A stretch of DNA of 64,000 bases from an uncultured Acidobacteriota bacterium (GCA_963700145.1 OY969474.1:4224001-4288000), one strand, 5' to 3'; positions 39,700 through 50,375 are shown, counted from the stretch's first letter. The notes: a model not told the origin generated them from the sequence alone. Numbers and translations: made by a program.

Positions 39700-40362
39700 T
39701 CGCGGTAGTTTCGCAGGGCGGGGGTGCGCGCGCCCGTCTGCGCGTCAAACAGGCGAAGGTCATAGTTCACGAGACGCGTCTGCAAATGAAGCGTGCTGGA
39801 AGCCTCTGGACGGAGTTGCTGGGGTGGCAATCAGTTTAGTTCTGTCGCGTCGCACCATCTTTCATCGATGCCGTCATTGGAAGGTGTACAAATCAATCAA
39901 ACAACCGGAGCGTTGGAGTCGCTGTTTTGGGATCGCCTTTCAGGGTGGTCAATCGCGCCGCGGTTCGTGGCTGAACAGCGGGCATGCCTAAGCTCGATGC
40001 AAGCACGCGTGAGCACGCCTTGTGAAGGCGAAAATGCAAAGCTTCTGACAAATGGGCCACTCGTCGTCACGATCGCCGTCCACAGAGTCGCGGCCTGGCT
40101 AGGTGAACAAGCTCTTACAGCTCGAGGTCAGGCCGGCGAGAGTGAAAAGTAGTGAAAGAACGCCTCGCCCAGCGCCCTCCCTGAGGCCAGGATCAAACCG
40201 ATCCTCAACCTCGCGCGCCAGGTGAGCTCCTCCACCTCGGCACAACGACAGACGCGAGACCCGCACGGCTTTCGACGATCTGCAACAGCTCAGTTCGCCG
40301 AACGATGAAGACCTGGATCAGGCAGTCGGGACGAAGAGTACGTGGTAAATGGGACATTCATT
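39700..40362 (-). pseudogene. Decayed PIN-like protein
   Basis: Fragments across frames: DCLIQVFIV, SVVVP, EVEELTW, LGMPLFSH. Confidence 0.35.
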
Positions 40363-40367
40363 CTGCC

Positions 40368-41538
40368 TCAGCAAGTAGGCGATGCCACGCCGCTGACAAA
40401 AAGGTCTTCACTAATCATGAGTAGGTGTGCGGCCCGGCCGAGACCGACAAGGTTTCTTACAGGCGTGAACAACCTCTTGGACGTAGTGGACGGTAGCAAA
40501 ATTGGCGTGTCGGGATGGTCGTTGTTCGCTTTCTCTTCCACGGCTCGGAGACTTCCTTTTCCATCTTTGCAGGTATTCGCGTCGAGAGGGCGCGGCCGTC
40601 CGGCCTGAGTCAGCCGCGATATCCAACGCCAGGAGATTCGGCTCGGCGCTCTTTTCCATAGGCGAGACTCAATCGCTCCCCAACAATGATCTTGGATCAA
40701 TTGAATTTCGGGAACAGCAGCGCGAATTGGCTGCTAGACATTGGGGAGTTTCAAGAGACGCGTGCTTCCGAGTGGCGTGCGCGAGCACTGTTTCGGAGCT
40801 GCCGCCTCTTGGGCGAACGCTTCCGCGCGCCTTTCCGACAAGTCGTCGTTCTTTCGGTGTTGAAGTATCGAGCGTTGCACGGTCAGAATCTAGATTGAAA
40901 ATCAGGTGCGCCAACTGGTGGAGTATGATTGCATTGGCGCCAACCAGTTGTGCTGCTATTGTTGGCAAGATGGCGGCGGTGCGAGGTGCCGACAGCAATG
41001 CGCAGCCAGAGCATCTTGGGACTGGGGATGGCGGTTCAACAATTCGAGCAGACCCTTGTTGCGAAGCACCCTTCGAGGTATGGTGCCGATTCGAAGAAGA
41101 CCGTAGTTCAGCTGCATCGGCTACGGATACCCTGGTGGCCACGCCCCCGTGCTCGCGCGGGAGACGCCTGCCGGTCGACTTCGCTCCTGATCCGTCGAAG
41201 AGCATTCTCCAACTGGAGGTCTCCTGAGAGCGATGCTCCGAGCTCTCATAAAAAGTGCCGAGCTGGCGATTAGCAGAACGAGCTCGCGATCGACAGGGCC
41301 GAAGCCGGGGCCGCGCAGCTCAACCAGACGGCCGGTGTAGGATCTTGTCGTCATCGGCTGCTAGGGGGTTAAATAGGTCGTCGGCGTTCACGCCCAGGAC
41401 AGAGGCAATGTGGGCTGCAGCAGAAGGGGGGAACGGCTGCTGTTCAGCCGCCCATTCTTGAGAGCAGGCGCGGCTGTAGCCGAGCAGCCCGGCGCAGGTC
41501 GGGATGTCGAGTTCGCTGACCTTGAGGTAAGGGTTCAT
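40368..41538 (-). pseudogene. Decayed HTH + ImmA/IrrE-like metallopeptidase
   Basis: N-terminal HTH-like CAGLLGYS...IASVLGVNADDLF; SGCALL...ILHQLAHLIF (HExxH-like); C-terminal GRAAHLLMISED. Confidence 0.45.
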
Positions 41539-43042
41539 CGGCAGTCGGTCCTCCGGTAAAGGGAACCCCGGCCCCGCCCAGGCTGGGCACTCTTCGCCCA
41601 GCCAGGAGCCCCGGAGAACTCTTCCCAAGGTAGATACGGTGCGCGGCCCCCTTCGTTTGGGGACACCGCTGCAACTCCATTGCCGACCAGGGGTTGAGAA
41701 GCGTGTGTCCCCGTTCGCCGTGCTGCCATTTTGTTCCTGTTGTTCGTCCGTCCACCGAGTTACCCGCCAATTCCGCTACTTCTGTAACAGAAGTATAGCG
41801 CCTGCCTCTCCATAGGACGAACGCGCGGGAGAGTTAATGGCTGCGCTGGCGGCGAGAATTTTTTTTTCTCGAATCCTCGATCTTGAAGAGTTCGAAGGGC
41901 CCGCCGAACGGCGTCGGCCTTCGAGCATCGTGCTCGCGGGTCAGCTCTTCAACGGCTCCAGTCATCGGGACGCAGGTAGATCGTCAGCCGGTGCAGCCCG
42001 TGGCCGGTTGTTGCGGCCCGGCCTTCCGCCTTCCGCGTTCGCCGCCATGCCGGGAGGATACAGAGACCCCCGACGCGGACGAGTCAGAGTGAGGTAGTGT
42101 GAGGCGCAGGAGGAACCTGCCATGCCTATCGATCCGCTGCCGCCGAGCAGCCCGAGCCCACAGAGCCCGCGCAGACGACCGGCGAGAACGAATGCGAGCC
42201 GGCGCGGCCTATGGGCCACATTCCAGAGCCCAAGCCGCGACGCACTACGACGAGCCCGTGAGCTCTCGGCGAGCTGACGGCCGAAGGCGCCGCGCGCATC
42301 GCCGCTGCCACGGCAGAAATTCACGACCTGATGGCCGGACTCAACTCTCTGGCGGCCCGCGTCGAGCGGCGACGATCCAGCTGGCAGCGGTGTGAGCGCA
42401 CCTCGCGGGACATACCGCGGGACATTCCGAAGTGGACCGGGAGACGTGTTCAGCCTGCGGGCGAGCTGCGAGGCGGAGCATTCGAGACGGACCGGAAGCC
42501 TTCGGCCAGTTGGACCTGGACAGGGCTTGCGGGAGGGACTGAAGCGGCGGCAACGCTGGCGTCCGACCAAGGACGCCAGCACCGTTCAACGCGTGGAAGC
42601 GGCGGAAGGAAGCCGACCAGGGAGATCTGCCAGTGCCGATGTTCAAGGCGGTCCGCGCTCGGGCCGGCGAAGCTGGTAGCGCCAGCGCGGAAGCGGACGA
42701 AGGGGAAGGCAAGGCGAAGGCGCTAGAGACTCTGCGCGACGGCTATGCGCCGTTCTGCCTGGCTTCTGGCGCTCGGCGTGGTGCTGCTCTTCCGGCGGTT
42801 CAAGGGCGCCACACATGATGCGGTACTTCGCAGGGCTGGACTCACCGCATGGGATCTGCTGGACGGCGAGACGGACCATCGCGGGCCAGCGGTCCTTCGA
42901 GTTAAGACCCGCAGGAGGAAACCGAGCGGCTGATGCGCTGGAAACAATGATGGACATGACGACGCGAGCGATCGACCGAAATCACCATCGGCGCAACGGT
43001 TTTGGGCTAGCCAGGGACGAACTGCTCCGACCGCCGGCCAGC

Positions 43043-44295
43043 CTATGCGAACAGATCGTCACCGAAGCCATGACAGCCGCAAGTAGTTCTTCGGTCCGTC
43101 GTCAGTGTTGGCGGCCAGTGTCGCAGCTCCAGGAACCACAACGTCCTTCGAGTCCCAAGAGCTACCTGGCGATTCCCGACAGCGAGTAACCGCACGCCAG
43201 CAGGCGTCTGCGCCAGCCGAACGATCTGGCGCATGTCGCGGATGGAGTACAAGCCACCATTCTCCCCTGCCGCGATCACAGTGCGAGGGTCATAGCGGAA
43301 CAGCGCCGAAATCGGGGAGGGAATAACCTCCCCAGAAACGGCTATGCCTGGCGACGACGATGAGAGGGCTACAACGGCACCTTGACGGGTGCCGACCAAG
43401 ACCTCCTCAGCATCCGTTGCCGCGAATGTTGTTGGTTCGTAGATAGGAGGGTAACCTTGGTAATGACGCTGCGCAAGTGAAAGTCGCCAGTAGCCCTCTG
43501 CTGGATTGCCGACGACGAGAGTAGGTCCGTCCGCAACTAGCGCCCAATTTTGGGCCGGCAAAATAAAATCGGCTCCCTCCTGCACGAGCGAGGCCCTGTC
43601 AGTCCGCCAGATTCTAATTCTCGATATTCGCGGTAGCGTATCAGCCAAGATCACTACCAGTCGACTATTCCCCAAAAACGAAAGCGCCTGAATTGGGTAT
43701 TTAACTCGCACGTTGCGGTGCCTCGCAAGGTCGAGACCTCCAGGACTCTGCAGGTCCTGCACTCTTGCGAGCGTCAATACTCCCGCGAAGTGCCAAGCTA
43801 CAAGCGGTTCATGTGGTGAAACGGCATAGGGCAATCGATTTGATTCCGGAGCAAACGCAGCTGTCTCTGCCCACAGAGAGGCGCGTGGGCTGTGGAGGGC
43901 GATGCGAGTGCTATCCCCTATATTCAAAAGCCGCGCAAAAGGCACTATTTGCACGACTGGTGACTCTTTGTGCTCCAGTGGCCACGATGTTATAGACAGA
44001 GAGAGATTGTGCTCGAATACAGCCGTTACAACGCCGGCTGGAGAAATCCAAAGATCGGCCAGAGTCTTATCTGAGTTCTGGCCAGTAACGACGCGCAGGG
44101 TACCGGCCCGGAGAAATGAGGCTTCCTTAGAAAGATAGATGCAGAGGGTCGTGGAAATGAGTACGGCGAGGAGAACAACGACAAAATTTACTCTAACACG
44201 AGGGGACCAATCTTGGAGGAAGAGGGAAAAGCTGACGTTATTCCATACGCGGGAGAGCCAAGGGCGGGCGTCGTGATTAATAGGTCCAGCCCCCA
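43043..44295 (-). CDS. Membrane-anchored beta-propeller (WD40-like) hypothetical protein
   Basis: Long lower-GC ORF; TM helix VVVLLAVLISTTLCIYL; strand motifs IQALSFLG, VLVGTRQGAV, VIAAGENGGL. Ends uncertain. Confidence 0.5.
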
Positions 44296-44858
44296 TCACA
44301 AGTATCATCGCCATAGCTGACTTGGTTAGCGCACACGGTACGCGAACCGTATGCCAAGCAGCAGATTCCATTTCTCGATAATCCGTATGCAATACGCATA
44401 TCTGCCGGTGCGAAGTATCTCATGGCGTCCGGAAGCGGTCTGATGTCTGGAAAGCTCCAAGCCTCGATTCCGCGCACCTCGAAGCGAACATTGATAGGAG
44501 TAAATCTGATAGACCACCCTATGGGCACTACTCGCTCCTCGCCGAGCTGAGAGACCGACTCATCACCACTCGGTTCCTGGAAAACCTGCAACAGCATCAA
44601 TCGGGGCCGCTGCGTGCCATCATCGATTACAGGGCTGAGAACCAGATACCTCGATCCATCTTGCTCCTGTACGGTTGCCCATAGACCGTCGCGAATTACC
44701 ACTTGGGCTCGCGTGTTGTCGGAGAATGTGATCTGGCCCTTTATTACGAAATCGGAGCGCGGAACGGCGAAGGCTTGCTCCGCGACTAGCGGTGCCGCCG
44801 TAGCCGGAGTCAATGAAACGACGAGGCCGGTCAGCAGTCGTGAAAGAGATCGGAGCAT
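44277..44858 (-). CDS. Secreted hypothetical protein with Cys-rich C-terminus
   Basis: Signal-like N-terminus; ends GICCLAYGSRTVCANQVSYGDDTCDGGWTY. Confidence 0.6.
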   Translation of the reverse strand: MLRSLSRLLTGLVVSLTPATAAPLVAEQAFAVPRSDFVIKGQITFSDNTRAQVVIRDGLWATVQEQDGSRYLVLSPVIDDGTQRPRLMLLQVFQEPSGDESVSQLGEERVVPIGWSIRFTPINVRFEVRGIEAWSFPDIRPLPDAMRYFAPADMRIAYGLSRNGICCLAYGSRTVCANQVSYGDDTCDGGWTY

Positions 44859-45109
44859 TAAGGTAAACCCAGACGGTGGCGGAGCGACGAGGTTGCGATT
44901 CCGCGGCTGGCATCGATGTTGGCGCGGGCCTCGGTCAAGCCGCCGTCGGCGTCGTCATCATGCGGCTCGTCGTCGAAAGGGGCGTGAAGGAGAGCGCGGC
45001 TCACCGGATCCCCAGTATCGCGCAGCGCCTCCAGCACGCGGAGCGCCGTCGGCAGGTCCTCCTCCGGAAGATCGTCGACGAGGCGACGGATGGCATCTCG
45101 CGGGCTCAT
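44858..45109 (-). CDS. Putative antitoxin (orphan)
   Basis: RDAIRRLVDDLPEEDL...APFDDEP...LTEARA...LRHRLGL, like antitoxins that precede RelE/ParE toxins. Confidence 0.6.
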   Translation of the reverse strand: MSPRDAIRRLVDDLPEEDLPTALRVLEALRDTGDPVSRALLHAPFDDEPHDDDADGGLTEARANIDASRGIATSSLRHRLGLP

Positions 45110-45136
45110 GACCTTCAAGATCATACCCCCGACCAC

Positions 45137-45905
45137 CTACGCCGCCGGCGCCGGCAGCACCCCCTCGACCTCGAACTGCGCCCGCGGGTAGCGGTAGGCC
45201 TGATGCGCGAAGACGTTGCGCCGGGAGAACTCCACCGCCCGGCGCGCGGCCACGCAGTACCAGGTCCTCGGCGGCTCGGGGCATCAGGCTGGCGAAGGCC
45301 CGCGCCGTGAAGAGGCCGAAGTTGGCGCCCCCGTCCACGTCCCGCGCCGAGCGGTAGCGGAGGATCTCGACCCCCGCGGCGCGGAGGTCGCAGCCGAGCT
45401 GCTGCGATGCCTCGTAGGCGACCGGCGAGGATATCTCCGCCGCGAACGCGGCGAAGGGCTCGCGCGTCCAGGTCCACTCCGCGCTCGGTGAGCACCCGGG
45501 CACGAAACGCCGACACGTCCCCCATCACCGGCTCCAGCGCGGCGCGGCTCCCCTCGAGGAAGAACAGCCGGTAGTAGGCCGCCTCGGCGAAGGCCGTGAC
45601 CAGCTCCTCGGCGCCGTACCAGATGCCGCGCTCGGCGCGGGTGCCGAAGCGCAGGCCGTGGCGAAGCGGCGGATAGCGGAAGGGCGTCAGCAGCAGGTAG
45701 TGGAGCCGCTGCGCAGCTCGGGCTCCGGCGGCAGCAGCGGGTTTCGCCCGCTCGATCAGTTCCTCGAGGAGCTGCTGCTCGGCGTCCGAATCGACGAGCT
45801 TGCGGGTCTGGACGAGGTGCTGCGCTTCCACCACCCGCCAGGGGCGGGCTTCCAGCCTCCCGATCCAACCCTGGCCGCGCAGCGCGTCCAGATAGTCGGT
45901 GGCAC
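45137..45905 (-). CDS. RES-domain toxin (MbcT/ParT-like), frameshifted
   Basis: IWTRC, WRVVEAQH, TRKLVDS, LLTPFRYPPLRHG, FAEAAYYR, YRSARD...N. Confidence 0.85.
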
Positions 45906-46235
45906 GGACCAGGCCCTGGGCGGTCTGGATGAGCTCGGCGGGCACGCCCGACAGATGGTCGTTGTAAGCCCGCAGCCAGAGCCGGGACTTCTCGGAGTCG
46001 CCGCCCAAGAGGGCGTCGAGGCTGCGGAAGACCCGCAGGAAGAGGAGCGCCGGTTCCTCCTTGCTGGCGGGGTCGATGATCCGCCGGCCGGTCGTGATCC
46101 GGGATAGCGACGAAGCGCTGACCCCCAGCGCGGCAGCCGCTCCCGGCCCGAGCCGAGGAGGTCGGCTGCACGCTCGGTGGCCTTGGTCAGGACGGCCGGG
46201 GCTGAAGGCGAGGGCTCGGGCAGAGGGGCGCTCAT
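45865..46235 (-). CDS. Xre/MbcA/ParS antitoxin, frameshifted
   Basis: VLTKATERAADLLG, LGVSASSLSR, LFLRVFRSLDALLGG, WLRAYNDHL, YLDALRG. Confidence 0.82.
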
Positions 46236-46276
46236 TTGCAGATGAAACTCTACAGGCAATCTATGCCGGATTGCAA

Positions 46277-46764
46277 TCAAGCCTCTCCGGCTTCCTTTAA
46301 CGCCCAGTGGATTAGCTCCGGCGTGACGCGAATGTTCGTCTTTTGGAGGGCCTCCAGCACCGGTAGCACAGATCCAATGGCTCCTGCCCGTTTTGCTCGG
46401 ACGACGAAACCGACGGTTCCGGTGAAGTGCAGGCTCGAGAGTGCGGCGGTCCTACGGGCGAGGCGATCGTCGAGGAGGAGCAAGGTGTCCGGATGTGCAA
46501 GGCCGAATGCGAGCGCTTGGGCTTTTTCGCCCGGACCGAGATCCACCAGTGCGGGAAGCAGCGTTCGCTCAGGCGGCGACTCGACCTGGAGCCAAGGGTG
46601 CTGCCAAGATCGGGGACCTCGATCCCGAAGTGCGAGCCAGCGAGCTCTTCCGCTACAGCGGTGGGCACAACGATGCGGCCATAGAGCTGCCGCAGGAGAT
46701 CGGCGTTGGCCTATCTGGTGGAGGTAGTGGGGGAGGTGTTGCTGACCACGAGGCGGTCAGGCAT
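46277..46764 (-). CDS. DUF3368 PIN-like protein, frameshifted
   Basis: VVSNTSP, LLRQLYGRIVVPTAVAEEL, DLGPGE, LLLDDRLARR, TGTVG, AKRAG. Confidence 0.8.
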
Positions 46765-47008
46765 TCAAGACGTCCTGCCGCAACTCCTCCTCGGTCAGTT
46801 GAAAGGGCGTGACGCCATGTCGCCCGAGAGCCATCAAGAAGGCCACCCGCGGAATGCCTGCGAGTTGGGCCGCTCGGCCCGAGGAAAGCCTGCCCAGCTC
46901 GAATAGCTTCACGGCGGTGAGGAGCCGCATTTCCTCACCAAAAGCCTCAGCGTCGGTCTTCAGACTGACGAGTGTCTCGTCAGGCACGTCGATGCGGACG
47001 GTGCTCAT
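46757..47008 (-). CDS. UPF0175-family antitoxin-like protein
   Basis: AVKLFELGRLSSGRAAQLAGIPRVAFL...EELRQD. Confidence 0.88.
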   Translation of the reverse strand: MSTVRIDVPDETLVSLKTDAEAFGEEMRLLTAVKLFELGRLSSGRAAQLAGIPRVAFLMALGRHGVTPFQLTEEELRQDVLNA

Positions 47009-47078
47009 GCGCCTACCTTATACGCTATAAGCCCGGGGCGCCCCGCGTTTCTGCGGAGCGCCCGGGGCCGGACCTTCC

Positions 47079-47429
47079 TTACTCCTTCTCGTCGATCGCG
47101 TTGGCGAGGTTCAGTTCGGCCATTGTTTGAGGCCGCGGCCGGGGCGGCTGGCGGTGTGGAGCGTGACGCCCCCAGGGCGCAGGTTGCGCAGGTAGGCGCG
47201 CAGCCCGCCTCGTCGGCGGGCCGGCGACGTACTCGACGAACGACGTGATCGAGTTGCGGCCCGGCAGCGCGTAGCGGCGCATGATCGCCGTCCCGCCGAA
47301 GGCCAGCCTCCAGCCGGGCATGTCGTGCAGCAGCTCCTGGATGCGCTCGGCCTTGAGCTGCTCCTTGATGGGGCCCGGCGCCGCCGCCGGCGCCGGGGTC
47401 CTTGCCACGATTGCGGTGGCTCGTTTCAT
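47079..47429 (-). CDS. Pterin-4a-carbinolamine dehydratase-like protein, frameshifted
   Basis: AAGGAGG RBS; LKAERIQELLHDMPGWRL...IMRRYALP...FVEYVA...LNLANAID. Confidence 0.6.
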   Translation of the reverse strand: MKRATAIVARTPAPAAAPGPIKEQLKAERIQELLHDMPGWRLAFGGTAIMRRYALPGRNSITSFVEYVAGPPTRRAARLPAQPAPWGRHAPHRQPPRPRPQTMAELNLANAIDEKE

Positions 47430-47535
47430 CGCGTCCTCCTTCCGTTGAGTCAAGCCTCCGCGGCTTGATCGCCGCGGCGGCAGCCAGTGGCTCGTAGAGC
47501 CATAGCTGTCGCCATGCCACCACTGACTTACGCGC

Positions 47536-47558
47536 AAAAGTCAATAGTCTTGACTTTT
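47536..47558. promoter_or_regulatory. AT-rich palindrome AAAAGTCAA-N5-TTGACTTTT between divergent genes
   Basis: Perfect 9-bp inverted repeat; each arm carries a TTGACT -35-like hexamer facing outward. Confidence 0.6.
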
Positions 47559-47739
47559 TGGATAACAGGGCCGATACTCCGCTCCGTTTTTCGCCCGCTT
47601 GGGCGGAGGAGGGACCGTGAGAGCAGCGCGGGGCGCCAATGGGGGCGTTCGAGAGACGACGGGAGGGCTCGGGCCGACGATCCGCGGGCTCGATCCGGCG
47701 CTTGGGCCGCCTTTAGCGCGGATGGGCCCCGTTCGCGGC

Positions 47740-47928
47740 CGTACCCGTCCCATTCGCGCGCGGACCTTCCCCAATCGCCGGCGTACCCGTCCCAATCGCG
47801 CGCGTACCTTCCCCATTCGTCGCCGTACCTTCCCCATTTGCGGCTGTACCTTCCCCAATCGCCGGCGTACCTGCTCCATTCGCGCGCGTACCCGTCCCAA
47901 TCGCCGCCGTACCTGTCCCCATCGCGCC
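47740..47928. repeat. Degenerate 21-bp tandem repeat, 9 units, consensus near CGTACCTTCCCCAATCGCSGS
   Basis: Units read directly: cgtacccgtcccattcgcgcg, cggaccttccccaatcgccgg, cgtaccttccccattcgtcgc ... Confidence 0.9.
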
Positions 47929-48043
47929 GCGCGCGGCGGTGTCGCGGGCCCCCGGCGCCCATCGCTCGGACAGGTTCGGTTCCGCGGCACGGGGTGTCGC
48001 CGTCCGCGGTTTTCTTCCACCCATTCGTGAAAGGAGGTACCCA

Positions 48044-48418
48044 ATGGCGGCAACGGGAAACAGTTTCGCGGAGCGCTTCGCCCGCTGGCAGGTGATGGCC
48101 GACAACCTGCGGGAGGTCGAGGGGTTCGCTCACATCACGGCCGACCACCAACTGCTCCAGGAGCGGCTCGCCGAGGCGCGCGTGCTCGAGGGGCGGGTCG
48201 AGGACTTGCGCTCGCAGTTCCGGACGGTGACCGCCCGGATGCGCAAGCTCGCCGTGGAGGGCGACACCATCCGCGGGCGCATCACCGCCAACCTGCAGGG
48301 CCGGTACGGCTTCACCGGCGAGACGCTGATCCGCTACGGCGTCACGCCGCGGCGGCCGCCGCGCCGGCGCTCGAAGAGAAGGAGACGCCCGAGGCGCCGA
48401 CGACGAAGGCGGGGGTGA
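48044..48418 (+). CDS. Small helical hypothetical protein with basic tail
   Basis: AAAGGAGG RBS; MAATGNSFAERFARW...coiled-coil...RYGFTGETLIRYGVTPRR. The tail frame may be shifted (alternative stop 48438). Confidence 0.8.
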   Translation: MAATGNSFAERFARWQVMADNLREVEGFAHITADHQLLQERLAEARVLEGRVEDLRSQFRTVTARMRKLAVEGDTIRGRITANLQGRYGFTGETLIRYGVTPRRPPRRRSKRRRRPRRRRRRRG

Positions 48419-48456
48419 CGCAGCTCCCTGCCGCGTAGCCGACGTCCACCCAACCC

Positions 48457-48501
48457 CGGCGCGGCGGGCGTGTCGCAAGCGCGCCGCCGCGCCGTTTCAT
48501 T
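48457..48501 (+). terminator. Probable terminator
   Basis: CGGCGCGGCGG/CCGCCGCGCCG stem then TTTCATT. Confidence 0.55.
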
Positions 48502-48537
48502 CGCCGCGAGGAACCGACGATGCCGGGACAACGGCCT

Positions 48538-48905
48538 TGAGCCCACCCACACGTTGCGCGAGACCGTCCGCCGCTGGCTGGAGGCCGCGGGGTAGACGCT
48601 CGAGGAGCAGGACCGCGCCCTCGGCGCCGTCCTGGCGGAAAGCGCAGACTACACGCTGGATCGCGAGGGTCACTCGCGAGCCCTTCTTCATGCTCGTAGC
48701 GGAGCCCGTGGCGGCGCCCGAGCGGCTCTTCGTCTGCCGGGCCTTCTCGCTCGAGCTGCCCGAGCGCGATCGGATCGACGCCCTCGACCACGGCACGCGC
48801 ATCCGACTCACCTGGGACCTCCTGAGCAGCTCAATCTCCTCGAGGTCGACTACATGATCGGCACGCCGGTGCCGCACGAGTCCTGCTCTTCGTCTGCGCC
48901 CGCGC
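48538..48905 (+). pseudogene. Broken hypothetical gene (weak DUF2299-like resemblance)
   Basis: LRETVRRWLEAAG then stop; continues ...DRIDALDHGTRIRLTWDL...QLNLLEVDY across frames. Confidence 0.3.
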
Positions 48906-49029
48906 GCGGGGGCGCGCGATTTTCTGCTACGGCACCTGCCACGCCTCTCCACCGCTTTCCGCCTGGTTTCTCGCCTACGCCAGGCCCTCGGTACGCTCTT
49001 CGGAGCGCCCGAGACGCCGACGGTCCACT

Positions 49030-50375
49030 GAGCTAGCTCGCAGCTCGAGCACCTGCCCGGTCAGCATCAGGAGCCCGGCCCGGAAGCTCCCGGCCGGCAG
49101 CTCGCGCAGCACCTCGCGCCAGACCTCGGCGACGAGCTGGCGGTCGGTCCTGCCGGCCGCGGCCGCGTCGTACAGGCGGCGCAGCGCCGCGCGCACCCTG
49201 GAGGGCAACGCGCGGGCGCGCACCAGCGGCGCGAGCTTCGGCGCCATCCGCATCAGCTCACGCCGGCGGCCGCGCCAGATCCAGAGGCTTGCCAGGTGAA
49301 CCCCGGCGACCGCCGCCGCCTCGGGTGACCCCGCGCCGAGCGCCTCCGCGAACGCCGCGGTGAGCCGCCGGCTCGGCCTCCTCCGCCCGGCCGGCGAGCG
49401 CCGCCGCCTGCGCGCCGGTCACCCTGAGGACGGCGCGGAGCGCCAGGTGGTCAACGTGCGCCAGGGTCCGCCCGCTCCAGCACCGCCTCGGACTGCTCGG
49501 CGCGGTCGAAGCGGAGGAGGAGCTGCGCGAGGGCCGCCGGCCGCGTCGCCGCCGCCGGGTCGGCCACGCGGCTCGACGGCAAGAACGAGCGCGAGAAGAG
49601 CCCCACGGCGCGCTCCAAGTCCCCGAGGTCGGCGTAGAGCGTGCCCTGCTCTTCGAGCGCCAGGCTCTGTCGCCGCCTCGCCGCACTCCTCGAAGAGCGT
49701 CACCGCGCGCTGGTAGAGCGCCAGCGCTTCGGGCACGCGCTTCCCGGCGCGGCGGAAGCCGGCGAGCCGGCGCGCCAGGACCGCGGCCTCGAAGGAGTCC
49801 TGCTCTTCGAGGAGGTCCGAGGCGGTGCGGAAGGCGAGCTCCGCGCTTGACACCTCGCCGCGACGCTGGAGCGCCTGGCCCACGAGCGTGTAGCCGCTGC
49901 TCTGGAGGTCGCGCGCGGCGGCGCCCGGCGGCAACCGCTGGAGCAGGGTCAGCGCGAGCCGCGCCAACTCCTCGGCGGCGTCGGGCTGCGTCTCGGCGGC
50001 CTGACCGCCGCGCTCGAGGAGCGTCAGGACGACGGCGGCCGTGTGGAACCGCTCCTCGGTGCGGAGGGCGAGCGAGCGCTGCTCCCGCGGCAGCGCCAGG
50101 AGCTCGTCGACGAGCGGCCCGGCCGCCGCCCGCTCCGCCGCGATCGCCGCGGCCTGCGCCTCCCAGCGCCGGGCGAGCCGCGGCCAGACCCGGTCGAGCT
50201 CCGGCGCGCTGGCCGCCGGCGCCACGCCGGCCGCGGTCTGCGCGAGCTGCCCGGCGATCGGCCGCGCGAGCTTGCGGCAGCGCGGGCAGGCGAGGAGGTG
50301 CCCGAGGACGCCCGCCTGGCGCTCGGTCAGCGATGTCACGAACGGCAACAGCTCGCCCTCTCGGAAGTGCTCCAT
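49030..50375 (-). CDS. Zinc-finger (HLxxCxxC) + TPR-like protein, multiply frameshifted
   Basis: GHLLACPRC near N-terminus; helical repeats EALALYQRAVTLFEECG; coding pattern continues across frames to about 49030. Confidence 0.6.

Noticed and set aside
39700-40700. CHAT/caspase-like domain on the minus strand
   Set aside because: Fragments such as ATLW and LFTPVRNL looked CHAT-like, but there is no His/Cys dyad context; ImmA C-terminus plus PIN fits the order better.
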